From Gemmatimonadales bacterium (GTDB lineage: Bacteria > Gemmatimonadota > Gemmatimonadetes > Gemmatimonadales > GWC2-71-9): a stretch of 64,000 bases of DNA. The DNA is taken from contig DATBGE010000082.1 of NCBI GenBank assembly GCA_036558125.1, positions 5,781-69,780 on the forward strand, in the 5' to 3' direction. Position 1 is the first letter of the stretch, and each line of letters opens with the position of its first letter. Of the stretch, positions 18,410 through 27,303 are shown in pieces. Below the pieces are notes generated by a model that worked only from the letters and a program-made list of their open reading frames with translations, did no database searches and had not been told where the DNA came from. The position numbers and the translations under genes are program-made.

Positions 18410-19407
18410 CAAAGCCAACCCGCTTCCCGGTACCACTGCGCCGCACTTGCCAGACCCAGGGCGAGATTCTGAGCCGGCACCCACGCCGTATCGCGCATCA
18501 GTGCGGCCGGATCTCCGGTCCACGCCGGCTGAAAGAATTCGTTCGCCTTGTCCGGCGTCAGAATGGTGGGCTTGTGAGTGGCCCAGGCCCAGGTGCCCGT
18601 CGCGCTGAGGGCGACGACGGCGAGCCAGTTGGGCAGCTTGATAACCCGCACTTCGCGATGCATCGCCGTGGCCACGGCATGGGCGAACTCTTCGCTGGTA
18701 AAGACCTCCGGGTGACAGGCATAGTAGGTCTTACCTACCGTCGCCGCGCTGGTGGCGGCGAAGATCAGCGCCTGCGCGAGGTCGGGGCCGGTCACGGCCG
18801 AAAGCTCCTGGCGTCCATCTCCGAACACGGGGGTGAGTCCAGTGCGAACCAGCTTGAAGACCTTGAAGACCTCGGCATCGCGCGGGCCATAGACCATCGG
18901 CGGCCGAATGATAGTCCATGGCAGCGACGATACCCGAACGACCGCCTCGCCGGCCAGCTTGCTCCGGCCATACGCGGTCACGGGATGGGGAGGTTCTTCT
19001 CCCCGGAGAGGTCGCCCGCGCTCGGAAGCGCCGCCGGCGGCCATGCTCGACACCAGCACGAATCTCGGGGGTTCGCCGCCTCGGTGCGATGGTTCGGCTG
19101 AAAGCGAGGTGTGTACTGCGGCGAGGAGGTTGTGGGTCCCGTCTCGATTGGCGCGCAGGAACTCAGGCTCATTACGTGCGGCCGTCACCCCGGCGACGTG
19201 AAAAATCGCATCCTGGTCCCTTACAGCGACGGCCAGAGCGGCCTCGTCGTGGAGGTCTCCTTGCACCTGCCGAACGCCGAGTCGATTGAGGAGGGTCGCT
19301 TTGCCGGGAGAGCGGACCAGCGCCGTAACTTCGTCCCCATTCCGAACCAGGGCTTCGACGAGGTGGCTCCCAACGAACCCCGTCGCCCCGGTCACCAGCG
19401 CCTTCAT
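18409..19407 (-). CDS. NAD-dependent epimerase/dehydratase-family SDR (candidate ceramide/ketosphinganine reductase)
   Basis: MKALVTGATGFVGSHLV Rossmann motif. ATG at 19407 overlaps the upstream gene stop (ATGA). Confidence 0.85.
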   Translation of the reverse strand: MKALVTGATGFVGSHLVEALVRNGDEVTALVRSPGKATLLNRLGVRQVQGDLHDEAALAVAVRDQDAIFHVAGVTAARNEPEFLRANRDGTHNLLAAVHTSLSAEPSHRGGEPPRFVLVSSMAAGGASERGRPLRGEEPPHPVTAYGRSKLAGEAVVRVSSLPWTIIRPPMVYGPRDAEVFKVFKLVRTGLTPVFGDGRQELSAVTGPDLAQALIFAATSAATVGKTYYACHPEVFTSEEFAHAVATAMHREVRVIKLPNWLAVVALSATGTWAWATHKPTILTPDKANEFFQPAWTGDPAALMRDTAWVPAQNLALGLASAAQWYREAGWL

Positions 19408-20531
19408 AGCGGACGATCGTACATGCGGTAGGTCTTGTACACCGTGAATTCCATCTTCTCGAGCCCCGCGTTCATTGCCGGATTGTCTTCCAGAATCCAC
19501 CCTGCTTCACCCCAGTAAATCCCGCGCTCGGCCGACTTGGTCCAGATCCAGTGATACAGCATGGCATCCACTCCTCTGCCTCTCCATTCCGGGAGAATGC
19601 CGAGGAGCAGGATCCGGAGCCGTCTGATGCGCTTCAGTTTCAAGGTGAGGAGCAGGTCTGCCAGCAGAGCGGGAGTGAGCCGGCCGGAACGATGGCGCTT
19701 GAAGATCGCGTTCAGGTCGGGGAGACAGAGTCCGAACCCGATGATCTCCCCGTTATGTTCGGCGAACGGGATGAGCTCAGGTATGGCGACGGGCTTGAAT
19801 TGCTCGGCGAGGTGATCGAGTTCGTGGTCGGTCATGGGGACGAAGCCCCAGTTCTTCTCCCAGGCCTTGTTGTAAAGAACCTTGACCTTTTCAACTTCGT
19901 TCTTGAAATCGGCCATATTGAACGGCCGCAAGGTGACGCCCATCCGCTTGCGAATCAGTTCGGTGCCGCGGGCCAGGCGTTCCGGCACCGGAACGTAGGA
20001 CGCCTCGTACCCACCTCGGTAGACCAGCAGGTCCATGGCCTTCTTGAACCCCTCGGCCTCGATCAACCGGCGGTACCAGGGCGGGTTGTGCGGCATCATC
20101 AAGGTCGGAGGAGTATCGTAGCCATCCACCAGCAAGCCGCACTCGTCGTTTACTGAGAAGGACGCCGGGCCTCTCAGAGTGTCGAGGCCGCGGGCGCGGA
20201 CCCATTCGGTAGCAGTGGTGAAGAGCGCCTTGACCGCCGCTTCGTCGTACTCGCACTCGAAGAATCCGAAGAACCCGACTTTGTCCTCGTGGGTCTCGTT
20301 GTGAAGCTTGTTGGCGATGGCGGCAATCCGGCCCACCACCTTCCCGTTCCGCTCGGCGAGGAAGTACTCGGCTTCAGCATGCTCGAAGAAGGGATTTTTC
20401 TTGCGATCGAGCAGTTTCCGCACGTCCATACGCAACGGCGGGACCCAATACGGGTCCCGCGCGTAGAGTTCGTAGGGTAGTGCGATGAACCTGTCGAGAT
20501 CGGCCCGGCCCTGAACGGGCCGGACCCGCAC
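19404..20531 (-). CDS. GNAT-like acyltransferase-fold protein (candidate N-acyltransferase of the lipid operon)
   Basis: Conserved block LPYELYARDPYWVPPLRMDVRKLLDRKKNPFFEHAEAEYFLAERNGKVVGRIAA, and a C-terminal GNAT-like LGILPEWRGRGVDAML. GTG at 20531 lies 8 nt after the upstream stop. The ORF-track start at 20642 would overlap the upstream gene by about 100 nt. Confidence 0.7.
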   Translation of the reverse strand: MRVRPVQGRADLDRFIALPYELYARDPYWVPPLRMDVRKLLDRKKNPFFEHAEAEYFLAERNGKVVGRIAAIANKLHNETHEDKVGFFGFFECEYDEAAVKALFTTATEWVRARGLDTLRGPASFSVNDECGLLVDGYDTPPTLMMPHNPPWYRRLIEAEGFKKAMDLLVYRGGYEASYVPVPERLARGTELIRKRMGVTLRPFNMADFKNEVEKVKVLYNKAWEKNWGFVPMTDHELDHLAEQFKPVAIPELIPFAEHNGEIIGFGLCLPDLNAIFKRHRSGRLTPALLADLLLTLKLKRIRRLRILLLGILPEWRGRGVDAMLYHWIWTKSAERGIYWGEAGWILEDNPAMNAGLEKMEFTVYKTYRMYDRPL

Positions 20532-20539
20532 GTCAGCGG

Positions 20540-21745
20540 TCAGATGACCCCCAGCTCGCGTCCGATCGAGGCGAACTGCTCCAGGCAGAAGTCGATCTGG
20601 TCGAACGAGTGTGTCGCCATCAGGCTGGTCCGCAGCCGGCACTGGGAAGGCGGAACCGCGGGGGGCGCCACGGGGTTGGTGAAGACACCGGCGTCGAACA
20701 GTTTGCGCCAGAAGACAAAGGTCTTCTCCAGCGGGCCGATCAGCACCGGGACGATCGGAGTCTCGGTTTCGCCGATGTCGTATCCCAGCTGGCGGAAGCC
20801 ATCCTGGAGCCGGCGGGTATTGGCCCAGAGGTTCTCACGCCGCTCCGGTTCACTCCTGAGCACTTCGAGTGCGGCGAGCACTCCGGCCGTATTGGCCGGC
20901 GGCAGGGAAGCCGTGAAGATGAGCGGACGGCTGTGATGCTTGAGATAGTGGATCACGCTCTCGGCGCCGGCCACGAATCCGCCGATCGAGGCCAGGGACT
21001 TGGAGAAGGTCCCGGCGATGATATCCACCTCGTCGGTCATCCCGAAGTGCGCAGCCGTGCCGTCGCCGTTCGGGCCGAGCACGCCGATCGCATGGGCGTC
21101 ATCCAGGGCCAGCGCGATACCGTACTTTTTCGCGATGCGAACCAGCTCCGGGACGTTGGCGATGTCGCCTTCCATGGAGTAGACGCCGTCCACGATGATC
21201 ATCGCGCCCCGGCCGTTCTTGGTGCGCTCGATCATCCGCTCCAGGCCGGCGAGGTCTCCGTGGGTAAATCGGAGCGTGTCGCCGTAGGACATCTTGGCGC
21301 CATCCACGATCGAGGCGTGGTCCAGCTTGTCCAGGTACACCACCTCGCCCCGGCCGATGAGTCCGGAAATCAGACCCAGGTTCGCCGAGTACCCGGTCGA
21401 GAAGACCAGGCAGTCTTCCTTGCCGAGGAACTCGGCCAGGGAGCGCTCGAGTTGACTGTGCAAGTCGAGGGTTCCGTTGAGGAACCGGCTACCGGTGCAG
21501 CCCGATCCATAACGGTGCAGCGCTCGGGAAGCGGCTTCAAGAACCTTGGGGTGGTGGGTCAGGCCGAGGTAGTTGTTCGACCCCAGCATGATGCGCTTCT
21601 GGCCTTCAATGACGACCGAGGTATCCTCGGAGTCGGAAATCGGCTTGAAGTAAGGATAGAGCCCGGCAGCTTGAACCTCGCGGGCTTTGGTAAACTGACG
21701 GCACTTTTCAAACAGAGCGACGGTCTGCAGAGTCTGAATATCCAC
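20540..21745 (-). CDS. spt: Alpha-oxoamine synthase, serine palmitoyltransferase-like (PLP-dependent)
   Basis: The PLP-lysine block GTFSKSLASIGGF closely resembles the SPT signature GTFSKS..T.GGF rather than the BioF/Kbl GTL(S/G)KA form. GTG at 21745 has GAGG upstream. The ORF-track extension to 21823 runs through a promoter and palindrome. Confidence 0.8.
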   Translation of the reverse strand: MDIQTLQTVALFEKCRQFTKAREVQAAGLYPYFKPISDSEDTSVVIEGQKRIMLGSNNYLGLTHHPKVLEAASRALHRYGSGCTGSRFLNGTLDLHSQLERSLAEFLGKEDCLVFSTGYSANLGLISGLIGRGEVVYLDKLDHASIVDGAKMSYGDTLRFTHGDLAGLERMIERTKNGRGAMIIVDGVYSMEGDIANVPELVRIAKKYGIALALDDAHAIGVLGPNGDGTAAHFGMTDEVDIIAGTFSKSLASIGGFVAGAESVIHYLKHHSRPLIFTASLPPANTAGVLAALEVLRSEPERRENLWANTRRLQDGFRQLGYDIGETETPIVPVLIGPLEKTFVFWRKLFDAGVFTNPVAPPAVPPSQCRLRTSLMATHSFDQIDFCLEQFASIGRELGVI

Positions 21746-21794
21746 GGTGCCTCGATTCAATCGCCGCCGGTTGCTAAAAAAGGGGATTGTCACT

Positions 21795-21833
21795 AACCCG
21801 TTACATTCTAACGGGTTGGACAACTCGACACAA
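21795..21833 (-). promoter_or_regulatory. Candidate promoter with overlapping 9-bp inverted repeat upstream of the spt-like operon
   Basis: On the minus strand: TTGTGT (21833-21828), 17-nt spacer, TAGAAT (21810-21805). A perfect palindrome AACCCGTTA-N5-TAACGGGTT (21795-21817) covers the -10 element. Confidence 0.45.
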
Positions 21834-21945
21834 GTTGGGGACTGGGCTAGGCATTAACCCGTACCCTGCCGCGTCGTTACGCTCCAGCCCCGGCGTGGTT
21901 TTACCGCTAACTTGAGTCTGACCTCAGCCCAAGCTGGTTTCTCTG

Positions 21946-23736
21946 TTGGCCATCCGTCTTCGCAACTTCGCTTCCGCCCTTGGCTTGGTCGGATGCCTCT
22001 GGCAGGTCCAGATCGGGGGCCTCAGGGCGCAGGAAGTATACCCGCGTTCCCGGGTGGGGAGATTCGAGGTAGAAGGGCTCGATTTCCGTCCGGAAGGGGC
22101 CTGGCGCAAGGGCTCGGAGCGGGTGCGCTCCAACCGAGCCGAGCTGCTCGGCCTGCGGGCTCTGTCGGTCTTGAACGGTCGTAGCGCGATGACGCGTGTC
22201 GCAGGCACCTATTTCGTCCCTGTCGTCCCAATCACCTTCAACAACACGACGCCGCCATTCCCCGCCGCCCAGTACGAGAACGTCCTGTTCAACCCGTCGC
22301 CAACCACCGAGCCGTACAGTGTCCGCAGCTACTATAAGGAAATGTCGCGTGGAGCGGTGACCATCAGTGGGGTAGTGCTCGATTGGGTCGTAGCCGACAG
22401 CGCAGACGTGTACTACGAAGACGGGTGCAACGGCGTCGGGGTGAAGGTGTCGTGCCCACACGGTGGCCGCCCGTTCGTGGAGCTGCTGCTCCAAGCGCTC
22501 AAGGCCAACGATACCGGCGCCGTGGATTGGGGAGAGTTCGACAACGATGGACCGGACGGGCTCCCGAACTCGGGCGATGACGACGGTGTGGTCGACTTTG
22601 TCACCTTCCTGCAGCCCGATGTAGACGGCGCCTGCGGGGCACCCGGGATCTGGGCGCACCGCTACTTCATGAGCGCCTGGAACGGCTCGCCTTACAAGAC
22701 GAAGAGCCCGCGGCGCGGTGCGGGAGGGGTGATCCTTCCCGGCCAGTTCATCATGGTTGATGACTACACGATGCAGAGCGCGGTTGGCGGGACGACCGCG
22801 TGCAACGGTGCCGCCATCATGCCGGTCGGAACCGTGGCTCACGAAACCGGGCATGCCTTCGGACTTCCGGATCTCTACGACACCGACCTGCGCAATCCCT
22901 CCGTGACGCAGGGGATCGGGGAGTGGGGAATCATGGGGAGTGGCAATTACACCCAGCCCTACAGCCCGTCCCGCTTCGAGGCGTGGTCGCTGGCTGAGCT
23001 GGGCTGGGTGGCAATTGATACGCTGGCTGCCTCACGCCCGGTCCGGCTGAGTCCGGTTGCGACGAGCGATACGGTTCTCTACATCGCGGTGCCCAACACC
23101 GACGAGTACTTCCTCCTGGAGAACCGCCAGCCGATCGGCAGCGACAGCGCGCAGATCAACGACTCCTGCGTGTTCGGTACCCGCTCCTGTGCCAAGGCGC
23201 CGGGTCTGCTGGTGTGGCACATCGATCAGGGAATAGTCGATGCTCGGGGGTTCCGGCTGGGCAACCGGGTCAACACCGGAGCGATCCAGGGTGTCGCGCT
23301 GGTGCAGGCGGATGGCCTGAACCAGCTGCGTGAGCCTGGCGGGAAGAACCGGGGAGACCTGGGCGACCCGTTTCCCGGATCGACGGAGAACCACACACTG
23401 GGCGATCTCACGCTCCCTGCCGCGCTGGACAACCAAGGCGCGACTGCCGGGTTCATGCTGGACTCGATCTATCAGGACGTAGATGGTTCCGTCGCGTTCC
23501 GATATACCAAGACTACCGCGGGCCTGGTGAACGTGAGCCTCCCGCAGGCCATTGACGAGATACTGGGGAAGGGAAGCCTCGGCTCGCTCCAACTGGCCTA
23601 TCTCGACTCTCTGGGAAACAAGAACGGTGGCTACGACGTGGGAGACTTCCTCGCGTATCTCTCGGCCAACTCCTCCGCGCTGTCGCCTGAGGTGTTCCGC
23701 GCGGTGCTGGCGGCGGATCGCCGGAGGCATCGATGA
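21946..23736 (+). CDS. M6-family (immune inhibitor A-like) secreted metalloprotease
   Basis: Zinc motif VAHETGHAFGLPDLYD, a signal peptide, and a C-terminal dockerin/EF-hand-like GNKNGGYDVGDF segment. Confidence 0.85.
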   Translation: MAIRLRNFASALGLVGCLWQVQIGGLRAQEVYPRSRVGRFEVEGLDFRPEGAWRKGSERVRSNRAELLGLRALSVLNGRSAMTRVAGTYFVPVVPITFNNTTPPFPAAQYENVLFNPSPTTEPYSVRSYYKEMSRGAVTISGVVLDWVVADSADVYYEDGCNGVGVKVSCPHGGRPFVELLLQALKANDTGAVDWGEFDNDGPDGLPNSGDDDGVVDFVTFLQPDVDGACGAPGIWAHRYFMSAWNGSPYKTKSPRRGAGGVILPGQFIMVDDYTMQSAVGGTTACNGAAIMPVGTVAHETGHAFGLPDLYDTDLRNPSVTQGIGEWGIMGSGNYTQPYSPSRFEAWSLAELGWVAIDTLAASRPVRLSPVATSDTVLYIAVPNTDEYFLLENRQPIGSDSAQINDSCVFGTRSCAKAPGLLVWHIDQGIVDARGFRLGNRVNTGAIQGVALVQADGLNQLREPGGKNRGDLGDPFPGSTENHTLGDLTLPAALDNQGATAGFMLDSIYQDVDGSVAFRYTKTTAGLVNVSLPQAIDEILGKGSLGSLQLAYLDSLGNKNGGYDVGDFLAYLSANSSALSPEVFRAVLAADRRRHR

Positions 23737-24119
23737 GAGGGCGCGCCACGCTGGCTCTCATCATGATCGTCCTCGCCTGCCACGAGGACGAAAAGACCAT
23801 GGCGCCTACGGGTCCGGGAGTGCTCGACGTCATCCTGACTACTCCCAACGACGACGACGGCGCGATATTGCTCACCGTAGATGGCGCGGTGGATTCGGTG
23901 CAGGGTGCTCCATATGTGGTCTTCTCGAGCGTTTCTGCCACGGGGACGCGAGTGGTGGTGACGGGTAACGTGGTCGCCGGGGTCATCACACGTCTGTACG
24001 TGCCCGATATCTCAACGGCGGACCAGTATGTCCCGCAGCTAGTCGAAGTGGCCCAGCGGAGTACTTACGCCTTGCGGTCCCCGACCTCTTATCGGCTGGA
24101 ACTGAAAGCCGAACGGTAG
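23733..24119 (+). CDS. Small lipoprotein, translationally coupled to the M6 protease
   Basis: ATGA overlap with the protease stop, and a lipobox IMIVLAC. Confidence 0.55.
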   Translation: MRGRATLALIMIVLACHEDEKTMAPTGPGVLDVILTTPNDDDGAILLTVDGAVDSVQGAPYVVFSSVSATGTRVVVTGNVVAGVITRLYVPDISTADQYVPQLVEVAQRSTYALRSPTSYRLELKAER

Positions 24120-24137
24120 GTGCTCATCAGGGCCCCA

Positions 24138-24165
24138 TTGACACATCAAGAATTATTGATATATT
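24138..24165 (+). promoter_or_regulatory. Sigma-70-like promoter with embedded ArsR-type operator; arsR is probably leaderless
   Basis: TTGACA (24138-24143), 16-nt spacer, TATATT (24160-24165). The palindrome ATCAAG-AATT-ATTGAT (24145-24160) fills the spacer. The arsR ATG lies at 24173, 8 nt after the -10 element. Confidence 0.55.
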
Positions 24166-24172
24166 CACTGCC

Positions 24173-24502
24173 ATGACAGCGACGACCGCCTTACCGACAC
24201 CATTGATTCGTTTGAGCGAGATCTGCCATGCGCTCTCCGATCCAACGCGTTTGCAGATCCTCGCCATGCTCCGTTACGGGGAGCGTTGCGTTTGCGATTT
24301 GACCGATGCCCTCGAGTCGGGGCAGTCGAGGCTCTCGTTTCATCTCAAGACTTTGAAGGATGCCGGCCTGGTGCAGGACAGGCGGGAAGGACGCTGGGCC
24401 TATTACAGTCTCGTGCCGGGCGAATTCGAGAGCCTTCACGAATTGCTGGGCGATCTGGGCAAAGAACTGCTGCCTAAGCGCGCTGCGCGCTGCTGTGGGT
24501 GA
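24173..24502 (+). CDS. arsR: ArsR/SmtB-family metalloregulator
   Basis: HTH block LSDPTRLQILAMLRYGERCVCDLTDAL, including the CVC metalloid site. Confidence 0.9.
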   Translation: MTATTALPTPLIRLSEICHALSDPTRLQILAMLRYGERCVCDLTDALESGQSRLSFHLKTLKDAGLVQDRREGRWAYYSLVPGEFESLHELLGDLGKELLPKRAARCCG

Positions 24503-24520
24503 TTTTTTTGTCGATAACAC

Positions 24521-24536
24521 ATCAATAAAAATTGAT
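24521..24536. promoter_or_regulatory. Second ArsR-type operator upstream of arsM
   Basis: Perfect palindrome ATCAAT-AAAA-ATTGAT, preceded by the same ACAC flank as the first site. Confidence 0.5.
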
Positions 24537-25410
24537 TAGCGTGGAGGCGACTGTGTCGGAACTGATTCAGGAGATTCAGACGAAGTATGGCGAGGCGGCG
24601 CGCCGTGCCTCGGCAGGTAACACGAGCAGTTGCTGCGGAGGCGCCGCCTTCTGCTCCAGCCCCGATCCCATCACCCGTGACCTGTATGGTGACGGTGAGA
24701 CGGCAGGGCTCCCTCCCACGGCGCTGCTGGCGTCCCTTGGCTGCGGCAATCCCACCGCGCTGGCCGAACTCAGGCCGGGCGACACAGTCCTGGACCTCGG
24801 TTCTGGAGGCGGGATTGATGTCCTGCTCTCCGCACGACGGGTGGGCCCGACCGGCAAGGCCTACGGCCTCGACATGACCGATGACATGCTGGCTCTCGCG
24901 CGCGCCAACCAGCGCGAATCAGGACTGACCAACGTAGAATTCCTGAAGGGACAAATCGAGAATATCCCGCTCCCGGACGAGTCGGTGGATGTCATCATCT
25001 CCAACTGCGTGATCAATCTTTCGGGCGACAAGGATCGAGTGCTGGCCGAGGCATTCCGGGTGCTCAAACCCGGCGGACGGCTGGCGATCTCCGACGTCGT
25101 GGTGCGCGGTGTGGTTCCCGAGGAGATACGGCGAAGCGTAGAACTCTGGATCGGATGTGTGGCCGGTGCGCTCGAAGAGCAGGAATACCTCGAGAAACTC
25201 TCCACCGCGGGTTTTGTCGGCGCCGAACTCGAGGCGACCCGGGTTTACAAAGCCGAGGATGCGCGGGCTTTCCTCGACGGCGCTGGTCTGGATGCGGATC
25301 AGATCGGGCCGCAGATCGACGGCCGTTTCATGGGAGCCTTTCTCCGTGCCACCAAGCCGGCGCCAGTCGAAGCGTGCTGCGGCAGCGACTGCTGCGGGGG
25401 CCACGCGTGA
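24532..25410 (+). CDS. arsM: Arsenite S-adenosylmethionine methyltransferase
   Basis: SAM motif [11 protein letters not shown], conserved N-terminal cysteines (SSCCGG) and a C-terminal Cys-rich tail. The start is ambiguous: TTG 24532, GTG 24541 or GTG 24553. Confidence 0.85.
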   Translation: MISVEATVSELIQEIQTKYGEAARRASAGNTSSCCGGAAFCSSPDPITRDLYGDGETAGLPPTALLASLGCGNPTALAELRPGDTVLDLGSGGGIDVLLSARRVGPTGKAYGLDMTDDMLALARANQRESGLTNVEFLKGQIENIPLPDESVDVIISNCVINLSGDKDRVLAEAFRVLKPGGRLAISDVVVRGVVPEEIRRSVELWIGCVAGALEEQEYLEKLSTAGFVGAELEATRVYKAEDARAFLDGAGLDADQIGPQIDGRFMGAFLRATKPAPVEACCGSDCCGGHA

Positions 25411-25856
25411 AGGTTCGTGGCCTGGGACCCGGGGACAGGGTAGCCATTCGCGACCTTCTCGATGGAAGCGGCCTTCCAACGACAGATCTCGATCAGGCGA
25501 CGATTCGATTCCTCGGGTATCGGGACGAGGCCGGGCTTGCGGGCGTGGTTGGTGTGGAGCTGTTCGGTGGGGTAGGGCTACTTCGGTCGCTCGCGGTTCG
25601 ATCCGATCTTCGAGGCAGCGGGCTGGGCGTGGCATTGGTCGAGGCTGCTGAGAGATTGGCGGTTCAGCAGGGTGCCCTCGAGCTGTTTCTGCTCACGACC
25701 ACGGCCGAGCCGTTTTTCGGCAGGCGAGGTTATGCTCGCCGCGATCGTGCTTCGGCGCCGGCATCGATTCGAGAAACCACCGAATTCACCAGTATCTGCC
25801 CATCTTCCGCCGCCTTCATGTCCAAGGCAGTCGCGTCGCCGCCGCATCGCCTCTGA
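25407..25856 (+). CDS. GNAT acetyltransferase of the arsenic cluster (ArsN2-like)
   Basis: GTG at 25407 overlaps the arsM TGA (GTGA). GNAT motif LAVRSDLRGSGLGVALVEAAE, and position between arsM and arsC. Confidence 0.7.
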   Translation: MKVRGLGPGDRVAIRDLLDGSGLPTTDLDQATIRFLGYRDEAGLAGVVGVELFGGVGLLRSLAVRSDLRGSGLGVALVEAAERLAVQQGALELFLLTTTAEPFFGRRGYARRDRASAPASIRETTEFTSICPSSAAFMSKAVASPPHRL

Positions 25857-25864
25857 AGTCACCC

Positions 25865-26410
25865 ATGTCCACCCCATCGAATCGTCCTCTCCGCGTCCTG
25901 TTTCTCTGTACCGGAAATTCAGCGCGAAGCCAGATAGCGGAAGCGGTCCTCAACCGGAAAGGAGGCGGTCGTTTCTCCGCGCACAGCGCCGGCTCTCATC
26001 CGGTAGAAACGGTCAATCCATTGGCGCTCGAGGTGCTCGAAGAATCGGGCTATCAGTGGAGAGGTCACCGGCCCCGCGGGCTCGCCGAACTCGATAGAGA
26101 GCACTGGGATTTCGTCATCACCGTTTGCGACAACGCCAGGGAGTCTTGCCCGATCTTCCCCGGTCAACCGGTCCTGGCTCACTGGGGCATGCAGGATCCG
26201 GCCGCCGTTTCGGGAACTCGGGAGGCACGGCTAACCGCCTTTCGTAACGCCCTGACCCTCATCAATCGGCGGATCGACCTCTTCCTCAACCTGCCGATCG
26301 AGAAGTTGGAGCGCCTCGCCCTGCAGGGGCGGGTGGAGGCAATTGGGAGCGAGGCCCTTCCGCCGGGTGTAAGCCAATCACCTACAGTGGGCCGACCTCG
26401 CCTCGCTTGA
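25865..26410 (+). CDS. arsC: Arsenate reductase, LMW-PTPase type
   Basis: P-loop VLFLCTGNSARSQIAE and a downstream CDNARESCP pair. Confidence 0.9.
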   Translation: MSTPSNRPLRVLFLCTGNSARSQIAEAVLNRKGGGRFSAHSAGSHPVETVNPLALEVLEESGYQWRGHRPRGLAELDREHWDFVITVCDNARESCPIFPGQPVLAHWGMQDPAAVSGTREARLTAFRNALTLINRRIDLFLNLPIEKLERLALQGRVEAIGSEALPPGVSQSPTVGRPRLA

Positions 26411-26458
26411 CGCTGCCCGTCTCCTTCCGCACTTTGCAATCAGGTTGTTCCTGCCTTC

Positions 26459-26971
26459 ATGGAGAAGCTGATGACCGATAGGGATCCGGTAGGCCGCCGC
26501 TCGTTCCTGGGCTTCCTCGGTCTGGCGGGGTTGTCACTGGCCGGTGGCAGCCGGAAAGGCGTCGCCGACCTGCTGCCTTTCCTCAAGGGTCCCGACGACC
26601 CCGAGGTTCCCAACGAAATCGTTCAGAAGATCATGAGCGAGCGGTTCGGGAGCCGGGAGATCAAGCGAGGTCACGTCACCCTCGACATGCCGCCCCTCGC
26701 GGAGGACGGCCGTGTCGTGCCGGTCGCCATCGAGTCCGACCTGCCGATGACACCCGACTCCTACGTGAAGGCGGTGTATCTCATCGTCGATCACAATCCC
26801 GATCCGCTGGTCACCGTCTTCCATCTCACGCCGGCGTTCGAGCGGGTGAAGATCGAGACCCGGATCAAGATGAAGCGAACCTGCTGGATCCGCGCGATCG
26901 TGGAGACCAACAACGACGAGCTATGGGCCGACTACATGAAAGTCGAAACCACGCTGAACGGGTGCGGATGA
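26459..26971 (+). CDS. soxY: Sulfur carrier protein SoxY
   Basis: Tat signal GRRSFLGFLGLAG and a C-terminal swinging-arm end ...TLNGCG. Confidence 0.8.
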   Translation: MEKLMTDRDPVGRRSFLGFLGLAGLSLAGGSRKGVADLLPFLKGPDDPEVPNEIVQKIMSERFGSREIKRGHVTLDMPPLAEDGRVVPVAIESDLPMTPDSYVKAVYLIVDHNPDPLVTVFHLTPAFERVKIETRIKMKRTCWIRAIVETNNDELWADYMKVETTLNGCG

Positions 26972-27303
26972 TGGCCGAGACCGGCAAGGCGAAGATCGTG
27001 ATCCCGGAGCAGATCAAGCAGGGCGACGCGATCCGGGTCCAAACTATCGTGCAGCATCCGATGGACACCGGCTTTTTCCGCGACGCCAACGCGGACCTGA
27101 TCCCCCCCTGGTTCATCAACGATGTGCGGGTGCTCTACGGAGACACGGAGATCGCTCGCTTCGAGTGGACCTCGGGGATCAGCAAGGATCCCATGGTCAG
27201 CTTCATGCTCCGGGCCGATCGCGAGGCTCCTCTCACCTTCGTGTGGAAGGACAACAAGGGCAAGGAATATCAGTCGGCGGTTGAGATCAAGTTCACTACG
27301 TGA
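26968..27303 (+). CDS. soxZ: SoxZ
   Basis: ATG at 26968/26971 overlaps the soxY stop. The SoxZ-like sequence IKQGDAIRVQTIVQHPMDTG... is about 110 aa long. Confidence 0.8.
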   Translation: MMAETGKAKIVIPEQIKQGDAIRVQTIVQHPMDTGFFRDANADLIPPWFINDVRVLYGDTEIARFEWTSGISKDPMVSFMLRADREAPLTFVWKDNKGKEYQSAVEIKFTT

